DNA of 64,000 nucleotides from Amoebophrya sp. A120 (lineage: Eukaryota; Protista; Dinoflagellata): positions 586,289-650,288 of the forward strand of contig CAJINV010000023.1 in NCBI GenBank assembly GCA_905178155.1, given 5' to 3'. Under the pieces are notes generated by a model. It worked only from the letters and a program-made list of their open reading frames with translations, had not been told where the DNA came from and made no database searches. Each line of letters begins with the position of its first letter. Positions within the stretch are counted from its first letter, which is position 1. Made by a program: the position numbers and the translations under genes. This document shows positions 23,526-38,500 of the stretch, one piece after another.

Positions 23526-26500
23526 CCCGGATAACTGACGCAATCAGTGCAGGCGCGAGCGCTAGCGTGAATGCTTTCGAGGCTGCCAGACACCTGCGGG
23601 CCACCCCGCAGCTAGTGCACTTCTACCGGCACCGAAGACCCCCGACTGTGACAGCCCCTATCGCCGACTTTTGGTTTCCGAGGAAACTGCGGCTGTGTCC
23701 AGCCTCAGAGATGGAAGCTTTGTTCAGCGCAGTTGGAACGGGGCAAAACGAGGCGTGTGGATGGAAGAAAAAAACGGTAACGCTAAGTCAGGCACAAGCT
23801 ATCGTAAGGAGAAATCCCCCCTATCCATATTATCGAGACGAAGTTTCTAATGCAGGAATTCCGTATACAACCGCGCGCTGTCTTGCAGTTGTAAGGCAGC
23901 GCAGCCAGATCCCCAGTCTAGGTAGGGGCGTTTGGGTTTACGCCTAGTTGTTTAGCATTACAAACGGCTGTCCCCTAGGCCCAACAGCATGCCAAATCGC
24001 TTCCATAGTGGCAAGGAAGCCTCTGCGCTTGTCTTCTTGGAAGACAGACGGGATTTGTGGTCTCAAATCAGCCACGCAAATTTTCGCGGCCATACCTTTT
24101 CAACATGGGGAGCGGAGATTTTTCCTCCCAATACAAGCCGTGAATTCGTTTGGGGGAAAGTACGTGTGTGTGGGCTGGTTGGATGAAGATGAGTGCAAGG
24201 CCAAGGAATCGTCACTCGGAAGCCGCGTGAAGTGGACTAATGGCAACAACGAATTTCTTTCCGGCATAAACGGCTTGGACATGAAAGTAGACAATGAAAA
24301 CGACTGCAAGTGTGTGCAGATATCAAGTGCAAATATGTCTGGGCCTGGGAAAATGCAGGTTTGTCATGCACGTCCTGGACCGCGTCTGTGGCCTGCAATC
24401 AAATAGTGCGCACAAAAGCAGCACAAGTCATCTTTCGCATGCTTTCTAGAAATGCCTCCTATCCCGCATGTTTCTCGTCACAAGAAGTGGGCGACTATCG
24501 GTGCGCATGCAACACAGATTTTTGTGTCCTCCTGAATTTGCATCACAACTTCACATGTTTCCAGAGGAGCCAGACATATTTGCAATCGATAGCAGAAGCT
24601 GACGTACGATCCAATGGAGTATTCCTGGGACCTTGTCGGCCTATCATACGTAAAAACGTCTGCACGCCATAGTCAAGTTGGCAAATCTGCATAGACAAAT
24701 CAACAAGTTTTGTGAGTTTATGCATGACAAGATTCCATCTCTCTGTAGTGTACTAGTGCTGTTTGGCAAGTCCAGCCGCATTACAAAGACGCCTGCTTTT
24801 TATCCTGATGTTTTCAGAGTTCTATGATCTTCCTAGAACGCGACTACAAATCCCCCTCGTGCGGATGTGCATTTACCAGGTCTTTCTGTAGATGCAAATG
24901 ATCTGCATGAGAACTACGGGGTCGTGGGGACGTTTTTGCATAGGATACGGCCTCGAGGAAAATTATGACCCAGCTGTTATTGATGCCGATTGGTGTCAGA
25001 CGCGGCAGCTCGACCATTCCAATTCCACCTTGAGTCACGGAGTGCAGCAGTTTCTTGCTATCAGCCCCTCGGACGCAGCGTCACTCACCGCCTTGAAGTA
25101 TGAGAAGTCGAGCTACGAGAACATCAACAACTTAGTCAAGGTCATTAGGAGTGAACAGTTTGAAGGGAGCTACGGCGTGACCCCTTCCCCGGCGGAAGAC
25201 ATCAAGGCTAAACTTGAGCCATCAGGAGCTTACTCGGAATATTTGTGCGTGATGCGTGTGCCCAAACCCACAATAGACGGGGCGGCAGACCTTCTTACCG
25301 ATCTCGCAGTGGGGGCGGGGTTAGTCCCGCCTTCAGGGGATGCACTCCCCAAACAAAAGTCCTACGCGTGTGTGACCCCAAAAACCAACGGCACCGAAAC
25401 AGACCCGGCGGTATTTTATGGTTGGTGCTTGGAGGAATCCATCAAGTCCGACTACCCCAGTATCTTCTTCACGAAGGGGCACAATGCGAATTTCGAGAGT
25501 AGCGGTCGCCTCGTTGGCGGTGGTGATACGCAGACTTGCATGTGCTTGCAGAAATTACCGATCGCGGTCGAGGAACACGCCTGGGTGCCGTACGGAGTCA
25601 ATTTTGGAGATGCGGGCGAAAGTGATTCGACCTACACTGACGACTGGTGTCGGGAGCAGCAGCGCCAGAATCAAACGTTCGTTTTTGCCAATGGAGGCAC
25701 GGTAACGTCAAATAATGACCTTTCCAACTTCAAACGGGAAGACAGGACACCGATCAGTGCGGATTATCAACTGCAAATATGTCTGGGTCTGGAGATTTTT
25801 GCAAGTTTGTCATGCATATTTTGGATCACGCAGCTGCTCTGAAATGCGCGCAAGAACATTTCAAGTTTTGTTCAGGTCTCCTGCAGATGCCTATTCTGCA
25901 TGAGAAACTTGCTATTTGCATAGCGAAAGCGCTTTTAGATAGTACTCAATTTGGATTCTTCCAGACCCAGACTTTTTTACTTTTAAATTTTCTAGTCGTT
26001 CTCTTCCCTGTGCTGTACAACGGTCTTGTTTCCAGACAAAACACCAGACATATTTGCATTTGATACAGCTGTGCCGGATGACAAAAAGGACACATTGTTG
26101 AACTGCCTCAAACGGAAGGACATGATGTTGTACGCTGGGCAATCTGGGTTGCTGGGCTGTTACTTTCCCCACGACGATAGGATGTCTCAGACGGTGAAGA
26201 GAAGCAATGCGACAGAAAAGTACTCGCTCACGAATCTAAAAGACGAACTAAACCTGTGCTTAGGCGACGACAGATGCTGTTACGTGCGCGTTGTAGTTCT
26301 CGGCGATTCGGAGGACTATTTGTATGAGCGGCGCGGTTATCCGAAGGACGAGTGGGAGCAACTCAGCTTTGCACGCTGCATGGTCAACAAAAATGTGAAT
26401 GGGCTGGATTACATGCGTCACTTCTACTCCTACAGAGACGTATCCAAGAAAAAAACTGCGTTCGTGTAACTTTCTTGAAGGAACAGCATGACAAGTTTGC

Positions 26501-29500
26501 ACTGCATGACACAGTAGAAACCCTGTCATGCGTAGCTAGTATCAGTGAAAACACGTACGAAAAGAGCCTCTGGCGCATGTCCAGCATGACAGGTGTAAAT
26601 GGCTTGCATCGTCTCCTGCAACACAAATTTACACTTACGCAGTTTTTTTCTTGGATAAGACGTCAGCGACATGTACACCGACTGCGTGGAAGTGACAGGG
26701 TTCGACGAAGGACCCGATACCGACGTGCTATCGAGTGAAGCCGGGAGCCTTATTGTGAGGAAAAATCCCCCCTCCCCATACTGAAAGCGCATCCTTCTGA
26801 AAATTGCAATTTGTGATGCAGCAGATTGGGGCAGGTGGCCACAAATTCATATCCGGTCTGTCATGCAAGAAGACAAAGGCAGAGAGTCCGCCGCGTCATT
26901 CAGGCGATTTGCAATGCTGCAAGGCCTACAGGACAGACGTCTGCCATGCTAGGCGCCTACACCAAAAGGCCCCTGCCCACCCTTGAGATCTGCGCGCGGT
27001 CCTTTACTGCGAGACAAGTTCGCTGCGTGTACACACGTGCCGCGTCACAGATCTCCACTTTGGTATGGGGAGAGTGGATTTTTCATTTTGATATGCCTCG
27101 GAGACTGCTACAGGAACTGCGCCTACGAGGAGGGCTGCGTCGGCTTCACTTACCGACTGGAAAATGCAGGAGAGTTTCCGTGCAAACTCAAGAAGACTCT
27201 TGACAAAATATGACAGCGCACAATCCCCCTCTCCCTCCTCCCCCTCATTTGTATAGCAAGAACAGCAATACAAACACCACCACACATGGAGCCTATGAAT
27301 GACAAATTTGTGTACCTAATGTTTTACCGTTTAGGCTTTCGGAATTAATATTTACATTGCTTGACTTCCGGGTTCTGGTAACGCATACCCCCGGCGACAG
27401 GTGACCTTGACAGGCGACCTTGACAGGCGACCTCGACAGGTGACCTCGACAGGTGACCTCGACAGGTTACCTCGACGGGTGACCCTGACAGGTGACCTTG
27501 AGAGGTGACCGCGACGGGTGAACGCCCTGCCTTCCCCCACTAGTGCTTCGCGCACTAAGCCACTATGCGCGCGCCTGGTGTGAGGCGAGGGGCGGACGCT
27601 GTCCGCCCCGATGCCGAACACCCTTCCCCCACTAGTGCTTCGCGCACTGAGCCACCACGTGCGCGCCTGGTGTGAGGCGAGGGGCGGACGCTGTCAGCCC
27701 CGATGACGAACACCCTTCCCCCACTAGCGCCACTAGGGACGGGCACAAGGCCCCAGCGTGGGGACCCTGTCCCCACGCTCGGGTGGGCCTTGTTTGTCAT
27801 ACAACAAGCAGTGCTACAAGGCAGCGACTAAATTTGGGATTTTGCATTACAAATGAGGGGGAGGGGGGGTTTGCACTGTCATACAAAACCGCTGTCGCCG
27901 ATGTTGGTGTTGCTCCGACGTTGTACTATGCTATCACATTGAAAAGTGCCCCCACCCCAGACGTTTCAAACGTTTTTGTTGCAAGGATTGCAAATGAAAA
28001 CTTTTTGATTCTGTCTTCCAGGTTTGGAGGAAGACTATCCCTGCTTCCAATTCCAAGTCGGCAAAGCAGCTTTTGCCTTACAAGCCTCACCTGTGCTGAG
28101 TCTTTTTGCAACACAGATTTTTGCTTTCCTGTCGTGAAAATTTGTCACGCCGATACATGGAAAGTGGCAAATGCCTCCGGCGTTGGGAGCTTTGCAAGAC
28201 AAACATTTCCATACTCTGGGGTGGGGGCACTTTTCATTGCAATATACGCCGAGTACGCTTCGGTGCGGATGACAAGCGAATGTCGTGCGCAGTATCAAGA
28301 AGAAGAAAAATCACCACTTCTCATATCAAAACGGAAGTCTGTGATACAGAGTTGTGGTCCCAAATCAGCTTTGTCTTGCGGAAACGAACCGGAGGCGCAT
28401 GCTGGGCCTGTTTAGGTTTCTACTAGTCTAGCTCTTCAGCATGATAGACGCTGCTGTCGTAGGCTAAACCGCATTACAGATGGCAGAGGCATTTGCGTAC
28501 ACAAATCAGCAGCACAAATTTCCTTGTGGTACATTTTCGATATGGAGAAGGGGCTTTTTTCAAGTTTATACGCAGGTGAAGGCCCCTTGGGGAGTGCTCG
28601 CGACGCTGCATTACCTGGAAAACTATGAACTTCACCTAAACCCGAACTATGAAATGTAAAAATGTCTGGGTCTGGAAACTTGTGATGCTGGTCGGCGTAT
28701 CATGGAGAGGCCACAAGTGCTGGCTCAGCATGACAAGGTTTTGAGCCTCTAGGTGTTGCCTATTCTGCATGACAAGCTGCGTTTCTGCATGACAGCAGAG
28801 TGGGGCTCTTGCGTAACGTGCATGACAGATTCAAGAGTCATGCCAGACAAGCATGACAAACATGCACTCTTCCAGACCCAGACATGTTTGCATTTGATAC
28901 GAACTACGAATGCGCAACAGCAGTGGGGGCAAAACTTGAAGGCGGCCTGAACTTTAAAGCACAGGATCGCATCGATGGCAACGGGTACCACAGGGACGTG
29001 ACCAACATTTTGGATTGTTACATGTGGTGCGCACGGGAAGCTGGCAGTGCGGGCGTGGAAAAGTATCAAAATGAAAAAACTTCCCCCCTCCCCGTATCAA
29101 ATTGGAAATCTGTGATCATCATGCGGGATGTGTTTACACAAATCAACTTTGTGCTGCAGTAGAGGACTGCAGGCAGATACAAAGCTTGCGCAGGGCCTTT
29201 TATTTGGTGTAACTGCCTTGCATGGCAGAGGCAGTCTTGTCCTCTGCGCGCCATACAGCATTACAAATTGCGTGCAAAAGGCGGCGGAGTCTCTGGCTTT
29301 GCCTTCTTGCAATACAGAGACGATCTGTGGCCACAATTCAGCGTTGCAAATCTTCAATAGTGCTTCCTTTCAGTATCTATGGGGAGGGGGGATCTTTCCT
29401 CTCAATAAAAAGTGCGACGGATTTACGTTTGACGGTGCTGGCGAGAGCTCTGCTGGATCTGCCAGACGCTGCCAGCCAATATGAAAGTGCACGACTCTCG

Positions 29501-32500
29501 CACACTCGCCGCTTTTGAATGGCATCCGCAGAAAAAGTAAGAGGCAGTGGCAGAAATGTGGCTTCCGCATGACATCAAACCGTCGCACAAGTTGTATCAC
29601 TGGTTGAGGTTGTACTTGTTCCGAAATTTGTCATGCGGATAGTGCTGAAAGGCAACATGTGGATTCGGTACTTTGCGCCACCAATGAAGGGGAGTAGGAG
29701 TGGTCGTTCAATCTCATAGCAAAAGAGGTGCCTACACAAGATGTGTGATACTGCTGGCGGAAATGGGAAAGTGTCGTACGCAGACGGGACGGAGCTTATG
29801 CATTGCAGAGATGTCTTTGTCTGTGCCCGGAAAGTAGGTGCAAACTTATGATGCGGATGCTGAAAAAGGCAAGAATTTGTGTTGCACACCAGCAAGCAAA
29901 ACGTGTGCGATTTTTGTGTCCAGGCGGGGAGGATCGACTTTTCGTTCTTTTGCGGCCTCCGACTCGGTATGGAATTATCAACGCTTTTGTATAATTTCTC
30001 ATGCTCTGTGATGTGCATTTCAAACCACGTACTTCTACTGCTGTTGTTCTCTTCCAGACCCAGACATTATCTTTGCATTTGATAGAACTCACTGCTGTGC
30101 TATTGGTGGATGCAGACGGCGATGCTGATGCCTCCACGTCTTGCCGAACGTCTCTCCTCGCGAGCGCGGGAGACATTTATGCATTGCAAATCAGAAGTCC
30201 GGGTCTGGATCTGGAAGAGTTGGAACTTGTAAAAATGCGGATTCTGGAAGAGGCAAAAATTTGTACTGCATAAGCACCAAAAGGAGCTTCCCAATTGTTC
30301 TTGCTACGTCGCCAATAGGGCATCATTTCTGATGCGGGATAGACATCAGGAGGCCTCCTGCGCAAAACCTGTAATGCGTTTGCGTGCATTAGAGACCAGA
30401 CCAGTTGCTCGATCCAAAAGATGCATGACGAATTCCTGCAACCCTCTTCCAAACCCGGATGTATTTGCATTTGATAAGATTTCCACCACAACAACCACAA
30501 CAACGTCGCCGCTGATCCAGTTTGCCGAGACGTTTATTCTGTGTAAAAACGTCCCCACAGCATAGTCATCAAGTAAGTTGGGAGCCCTGCAAGACGAATT
30601 CAGAAGTTTTGGAAGTCAAGCATGACAAGTTTTTCATCTCTTTACTTATTGTAGTGCAGCTTCGCTTAGGTCGCAAGACATAATCACGAAGCCAGCTCCT
30701 TATCCTGTTTACAGCATTACAAATTCCAAAACGTGATGGAGTATGCCTCACATGGGAATGCGCATTACATACAAGGGTGGGTGCCTGTAATTGCAAATCT
30801 GCAGGACAACTCTGGGGTGTGGGCCCCGCTTTTGCTCAGAATAACGTTTTTGAAGTCCTCATGTCGAAACCCACTCGGCCCCTCCCGTCCGCCAATGCCG
30901 GATACTCTTGGGTACACAGAGCAGCGGCTACCAGCGAAGTGGAATTTCAAGCAGGTAGCGTGCGGTGGCTACGTGGCGTCGAAGTTTCCGCTTGACGGAC
31001 AAAAAAAGACTGTTGGTAGGACTTTGGTCGATCTGTCCGACGTGCCCATTGGTTCCTCGTTGCTGTCCGCAGACAAGTATCCTGTGTAAAAACGTTCCCA
31101 CCCCATAGTTGTCGCGCAAATAATTTCCATATTCAGGAACGTTTGTCATGCGCATCCCCACAAGACGCATTTTAGTCGTGTTTTGGCATTTGTAATGCTG
31201 TAAACAGGATAAGAAACCGTACGGATTTATTACGAGGCGGCATTCCTTGCTAACCTGCACTACAACAAAGAAGAAAACTTTCCATGCGTGACTTCCAAAA
31301 CTTCTAGCTTTGTGTTGCAAAGTTTCCACGTTGTCCTTGCCTCTGGGGTGGGGACGTTTTTCCTCAGGATAAAGAGAACAACGTAACCATGTCCACGCGA
31401 CTGCCGACCATGCGCAGCCTGTTCGAAGTTTGTGCCAAAGGCTGCTCCCACCCCACAGGGCTGACGCGGGGAATGGAGATACTGAAGGTGAACGAGCGCG
31501 ATGCTACGACCAATGTTGACGCAAAAAAGTACCAATGTGCTTGCTATCATGCAGCTGGGCAATTGAACAACCGGATCGCTGCATTGGACAGTATCGAGAA
31601 GATGGACGCCTCGGGTGCACTTGCTGCGGGCACAAATTGCATAGATCCGACGCAGGGAGAGCGTGTAGACATCACACCGAGCGACGGCACCTCTGCTTCT
31701 AGTGCCATCACCGACCTGGCAACAGTCACTGACGGGACAAACGATGTCGCGTTTCAGGTTGGCAATTACCAGAAACCCGGCAAGAAAGATGATAGTTCGA
31801 ACGCGTGCGCAGATACTGATGACAAAAAGGAACTTGGCCAGTATTGCAAGGAAAAATCCCCCTCCCCATATTGAAAACATGTCCTCCCGAAAATTTGTGA
31901 CGCAGATTTGTGACCACAAATCCTCTCTGTCTTGCCAGAAGGCAAATCCAGAGAGCCCGCAAGCGGTTTGTAATGCTGTAAGGCCAACAGGGCAGAAGTC
32001 TGCCATGCTACGCCCCTACACCAAAAGGCCCATCCTTAGGCTCGCGATCTGCGTGCGGATCTTTCCTGGAACACAAATTTGATTTGTGTACACAAATCCC
32101 GCATAACAGATTTCCGTTTTGATATGTGGCGGGGGCTTTTTTCACCTTGATAGCCAGACGTGCCCGTTTATCCAAATCGACCTCGGCGCATCAGTATCAG
32201 AAGGAAAAATCTCCCCTCTCCATATCGAGACGAAGTTTCTGATGCTGGATTTCTGTACATAAATGCGCGCTGTCTTGCAATACGGCATCGCAGCCGGATC
32301 CTCAGCCTAGTTAGGGGCGTTTGGGTCTAGGTGTTTAGCATTACAACGGCTGCCCCCTAGGCCCAGAAGCATGCTAAACCGCTTCCACAATGGCGCGGAA
32401 GCCTCTGCACTTGTCTTCTTGCAAGACAGTCTCAAATCACCAATACAAATTTCCGGCGACATACCTTTTCGATATGGGGTGGGAGAATTTTTTCTGTCAA

Positions 32501-35500
32501 TAATCAGACAAGTTTGTTTCGACAGTAACTATATCAAGTTCAAATATGTCTGGCTCTCGAGTGTTGTGACGCATGTGAGTGAATAATGATCGCGCTGTAA
32601 TGCGCCGCCAAGCATGACAAATTTTTTCGTAGATCTGTGTTGTGTATTCCGCGTCAGAAGTTGCGTCTTGCATGACAGAAAAGAAGATCACTTTGGGGCC
32701 TCACAATACACAGTTCCGAGGCATACCAGACTAGAATGACAAATCTCGCAATCTTCCAGACCCAGACAGCTTTGCACATGATAAACTATCAGAGTCGCCT
32801 ACACGCCACAGGACGTGCGCAAGATGTTTTTTACGTACCCCAAGCCTGTTGATGAGACCTGTACGGGCGCGGGGAATGCCAATGAGATTGGAGACACTGC
32901 TTATGCATTGCATATATGTATGCGTCTGGAATGGTTGACTTTGTTGTAATACATGTCTTGCATTCTTGGAAAATCTGTGTTGCATGGGCAGCAAGTGAGC
33001 AGCTTTCCTTGTCATGCAAAAACGCAATTTCTGCTGCGTGTTGCGTACCAGAAACCGTGGCGAAAGCTTGTCATGCTTGGCTGCCATTGCAAGCGTTGCA
33101 ATCATGCGCAATTCATAATTACAAGCTTTCCAAACCCAGACATATTCGCACTGGATACTGCTTCTACGGAAAACACATGGGGAAACGGCGAAGAGGACGG
33201 CGATCCGGATATACCGTGTAAAAGCGTCCCTACCCCAGAGTTGTCAGTTTCTCTTTTATTCCCAACAAAGTTTGAAACTTCTCTGTGCTTTCATTTGGTC
33301 TCTTCCTTCCAATACATAAAACACTCCAGAGTTATCATGCAGATTTGCAATGACGAGAACATTTGTACCGCGCATCCCAATGATAGGCATTTCCAATGGT
33401 GCTTTGGGATTCGGAATGCGGTAAACAGGAAACAAGGCAGCTGGATTCGTCATGCGGCTGTCCTTACTAACCTGCACTAAAATCGGCACTGCAACTCGTC
33501 CTGCGCTACTCCCAAAACTTCTAGCCTTGTGTTGCAAACACCGCATCTTGACTGATTCCGGAATGGGGACGCTTCTACTCAGCATACCGAACCGCGATGC
33601 GGGGTTTCGGGTTCTTTTGACTTCTGTCGAACGCAGCACAGACTGCTCTTCATCGTCTGGCGGTAAGTGTTACGCGTCTAGTGTGGGTGATAGTTGTCCC
33701 GTGCCTGCTGAAGATACAATTTGCGAGCACGTGAAAGCCGAGGAAAACTTGAAGGGCCTGTCTCGGTTTGTTAATGGTCCATCAGATGAGTATTACGAGG
33801 CCAGCATCGACTGCCGAGGTAAGAAGGGGCAGTACGTGATTTTAGAGCTTCCCGGCTCCCCGAGCGGCCAGGTGACTCGAGCGCTCGCTGTGACCGAGAT
33901 CAGGGTGATGAGCTACCCGTACGCATCGACGCAATCTCTGTCTTATTTCTTTGAAGCCACTCCCTCCACCGAGATGGAAGACATCACTCCAGACGAGACA
34001 GGAGTCACGGCCTCGACCGTATCCCAAAGAAAAGCACACCCATAGTACTCGAAAAAATGATGCTAGTGGACAAAGTAATTTGATATGTACAAACGAGTTT
34101 TGTTCTGTACATTAAACTCCAAGTAGTGCTCATTTTGATTTCTGTTTAATTTTTGATTTTGAGGCACGAATAGTATAGCAGCACAAATCTATGATATTTT
34201 TTTTTCTGGTAGCGACGTTCTGGTGGCAAGACCGACGGTCTGACCTTTGCACAGCACAGAGAAAGGACCGACATATTAAAATTGAAAAACCCCTATAATG
34301 GCATGCGAATTGGGGAGAGACTTTCTTCTTTGCTTGGGTGTACTTTTCTGTAGGATGCAGCGAAGCAAATGGTCAGTGCACGGCCTCCAAGCTCTTGAAT
34401 GTAACGTCTGACGGCTACGTGGAAACTTCTACGTTCGCAGACACAGGTCGCACTCTGCGGTGCCCCTGGTTCCAGCTTGACTTGGTATCACATGCAAATA
34501 TGTCCGGGTCTGGACGACTGCTGACTGTGTCATGCAGCGACTAGCATGTTGACAGATCCTGTGAGGCCTTTAACTTTACGATACTTTATCCTGCATGAGA
34601 AACTTCCTCTTAGTTTGATCAAAAGTCGTGGGCAACTTCTGGTAGTCACGCAAGACAGATTTTTGTGCGACCGACAGGACGCATCACAAGAATCCTAGAA
34701 TTTTCCACAACTACACCCACACATAGTTGCAACGCATACTTGGGTGAAGGAGGCCAGTACGTCTCGAAGGTCGACATCACGGCGTATTGTGCGGAAAAAT
34801 CCTCCCTCCCCGTACATAAAAGGAAAACTTGTGATGTAGATTTGTGGTCACAAGTCACTTCCTCCTTGCAAGAAAAAGAATGCAAGCGCCGACGCGAAAG
34901 TGTGCGCCGCATTATGGAGGCGATTCGCGACGCTGTTGAGCCTACAGGTTAGGCTTTCCCCATGCTACACAGCTAGGCAATTACGCCCCTAGAGAGGCTG
35001 AGAGTCTGGCTGCAGTTCCTTACAGCAGGAGAAACCTTTATTTGTGTACGCAGTCGCAGATCCAGCATCAGAGACATTTTTCTTTCCATATGGGGAGGGG
35101 GATTTTTCATTTTCATACGGCGGAGCTGCGAGCTGAGGCCGGTGCCGCAAATGTAAACAGCGATATCTTGCGCGAACTTTTTTTTGTATATGACTCACCT
35201 CCGACATCCAACAACGACTTGGCCGACAACGAAATATCCTACAGAAAAGAAAGGCATCCGAGCAAAAAAAATTTGTTGAATTCGTGTTGCTATGTTCGTT
35301 TTCGTGACACTAAAAACTCTGTATTTCAGAGACCACAAGAAAGGACTTCTGGAGGTTAGACGGATCGAGGTCGTGCCACACATGTTTGCCATGCTGAACA
35401 TCCAAAGAAGGTTTGCTTGTGGAACCAAAAACGAAAGCGTCGCGACTGCATTTTCTCCGGTTGTGCGGCTGTTGTACTTTTCTGTGCGATACGATGCTAC

Positions 35501-38500
35501 GGATAGTAGTGTCGCCGTCAAGCCTCAAAGTTCGCCGGGGTATCTTGAGGAAGAATCCTCCCTCACCATACTCAAAGTGGAAATTTGTGATGCTGGTTCG
35601 TCGCCACAAATCGGCTTCACCTATTCTATGCGGCAAATGGAATCCGTCTGGCGTACTCTACAGCCAATCGGTGATGCGATTTTGCCTACCGGATCAAAGA
35701 CTTCTGCCATGCATACTTGCTAGAAGCCCTGTGCATACCCAAACACGTTTGGATCATTCTTCGAAGTTCAAGATCAAGCTCTCGCCGCAATACAATTTCG
35801 ATTTGTGTACACAAATCCAGCAACAGGGATTGTCTTTTGAATATGGGACGGGGGTTTCGTTCACTTTGATACGGGGCTTCGAGTCTATGTAAGCAACGCG
35901 GGGCGAACACAGCTTTGCAAAGACACCGGCGCAGGCTTCTGCGAGTATCCTCAAAAAAACCGTCCCCCCCCTCGTCGTTTTGTTCTCTTTTTGATTTTGT
36001 GAAGAAAGACATTGAATTTTCTCTTTGCTTTAATTTGGTCTTTTGCGGACATTCTTGCTGCTTGGTCACGGTGTTCGATTGGGTAGATGTTCCCACGACT
36101 TGTATTTGGGTGTATGAGTCGGCGTGCTCTAATCAGCATGGGTTGTCATCCGCATGGGTCTGACGAGTTGTCATGCTCTAATCAGAATAAGGTGGACATG
36201 ATTTTCTTATGCGGCTTTGATAGTCGAGCACGGCTACATTACAGCGCGTCTAAAGTTATCGTACGGAGTTCGCGATGTGAAGCTTCTGGATTTATTCTTG
36301 TCTAACAGATTTCCCATCTCGGCCTTGGGGTGGGGACGTTTTTATGCAGGACAGCACCGGAGACTCGATCACCACAACGGACAAGGAGAAAGAGTGCAAT
36401 GCCATCACCAGCGGCACATTGTTATCGTAAGGAAAAATCCCCCCTCCCCATATCAAAGTGGAAATCTGTGATGCGGGACTTGTGTACACAAATCGGGTTT
36501 GTCTTGCAGTAGGGGACTGCAGGCAGATACACGGCCGGAGCAGTGGCGTTTTGGTGTAGGCGCCTAGCAAGGCAGGCGTGTCCTCTGTAGGGGGCCACAC
36601 AGCATTACAAATTGCCTGCAAAACGCGGCGGAGTCTCTGCATTTGCCTTCCAGCAATGGGGAGGCGATCTGTGGCCGCAAATCAGCATCACAACTTTTCG
36701 CCAGTATCCTTTTTTGGTATGGGGAGGGGGGATTTTTCCTCTCAACAATTGTGTGAAACGCTCGTCTACGACGCAGGGGCGGGTGTGAATCGGTTCAGAT
36801 ATCACGAAGACACAGCGGAGGATGCAGTAGGACAATATGGGACCGCGACGATTGACTGTCGTGCAGATGCTTCGGATATCAAAATGAAAAATCCCCCCTC
36901 CCCATATCGAAATGGAAATCTGTGATGCAGGATTGGTGTACACAAATCGGGTTTGTCTTGCGGTAGAGGACTGCAGACAGATACAAAGCCCGGAAAGGGG
37001 TGGCCTGGGGTAGGCACTTAGCATGGCAGACGTCTGCCCTAGTAGCGTAGCAGCGTTACAAATCGCCTGCGACACCCAGCGGAAGCCCTGGCTTTGCTCT
37101 CTTGCAAGACAGACCCGATCTGTGACCAGTGGCCACAGATCGAGTCTGTCTTGCAAGAGAGCAAAGCAGCATCACAAATTTTGAAAAGCACGCCTTTGCC
37201 ATATGGGAAGGGGGGATTTTTCCTCACAATATGGGACCAGCAAAGCGGGCCGATACACGGGAGGTACGTAATAATCGATCTTCCGGACGCAAGCCAAACT
37301 CAAAAGCGGAAACTAACCCTCCACGGTGTGAGAGTTTTTGGCTCGGGCACCACCACCACAACGACGACCACTGCCACGTACGACCTTTCGCACTTAGTGC
37401 TTGGATATGAAATGCAAAAATGTCTGGGTCTGGAAGAGTGTGAACTTGTCATGCAGGTTTTCCATGACCCTTGAGGTCTGGAATGCGGGACCTAGCATGA
37501 CAGAGTCTGTGAGGTCTCTTTCATGCCTCTCCTGCGTGAGAAACTCCCTCCCAACTTGGTCGAAAGTGGACAGCTTTTGGCACTCATGCAACACAGGTTT
37601 TTGCATGATTCGGATTTAGCATGACAAGTTGCAATCTTCCACACCCAGACATTTTTGCAATCCATATTGGAGTTTCCGTTTCGACGAATTCCACCGCATT
37701 TCCGACCGAGCAAATAATGGATTCCAAACTGAACACTTTCGGCGAAACAGGCGACGAGACGAGTGCTACCAGATGTCCCTGGATTCAAGCTGATCTTGGC
37801 GAGTATTCTAGGTAAAAGTGACCCAAATTTTCCATATAGTCAAGATAGGTAATTTGCTACACAAATTATCCATAAGTTTGGAGCATTGCGCATGACAAAG
37901 TCGGGCTCGTAGTGCACTCCGGTTTGGCGAGTGCAACCGCGTCACGAATCAACTACCTTGTCCTGATTCATCGAGCATGACAAATCCGAAAAGAGCAGAT
38001 GAAAAAACCGCTCTTCATGATGTGGCTCCTGCACATAAGACCACACAACATTTTATTTTAGGCGTGCAGAGTTGCATGACAACTCTGGGGTAGTCGTGGG
38101 GACGTTTTTACACAGGATACAGAGTCAAAGGTCGTTACAAAGGTGGTTGTCACCCTTCCCTTCGGTCCCAGCTTTCAGAGAGCGCGACGGGTTTTTTTCA
38201 ACGGAACTGATTTGAATAACGTCACAGATGTAACAGCAATGTCAGTATTGTGGGGAAAAATCCCCCCTCCCCATATTGAAAAGGCAAACTTCGAAAAATT
38301 TGCGTTGCTGATTTGTGGCCACAAATCACATCTGTCTTGCAAGAAGACAAGGGCAGATGAAGCTTCCGCCCAATTGTGGAAGCTATCTGTCATCCTGTTT
38401 GGCCTAAAGGCGGGCAGCCGTTGGCAATGCTGAACAACTAGACCCAAACGCCTCTACCTAGGCTGGGGATCTGGCCGCAATGCCTTCCTGCAATACAAAG

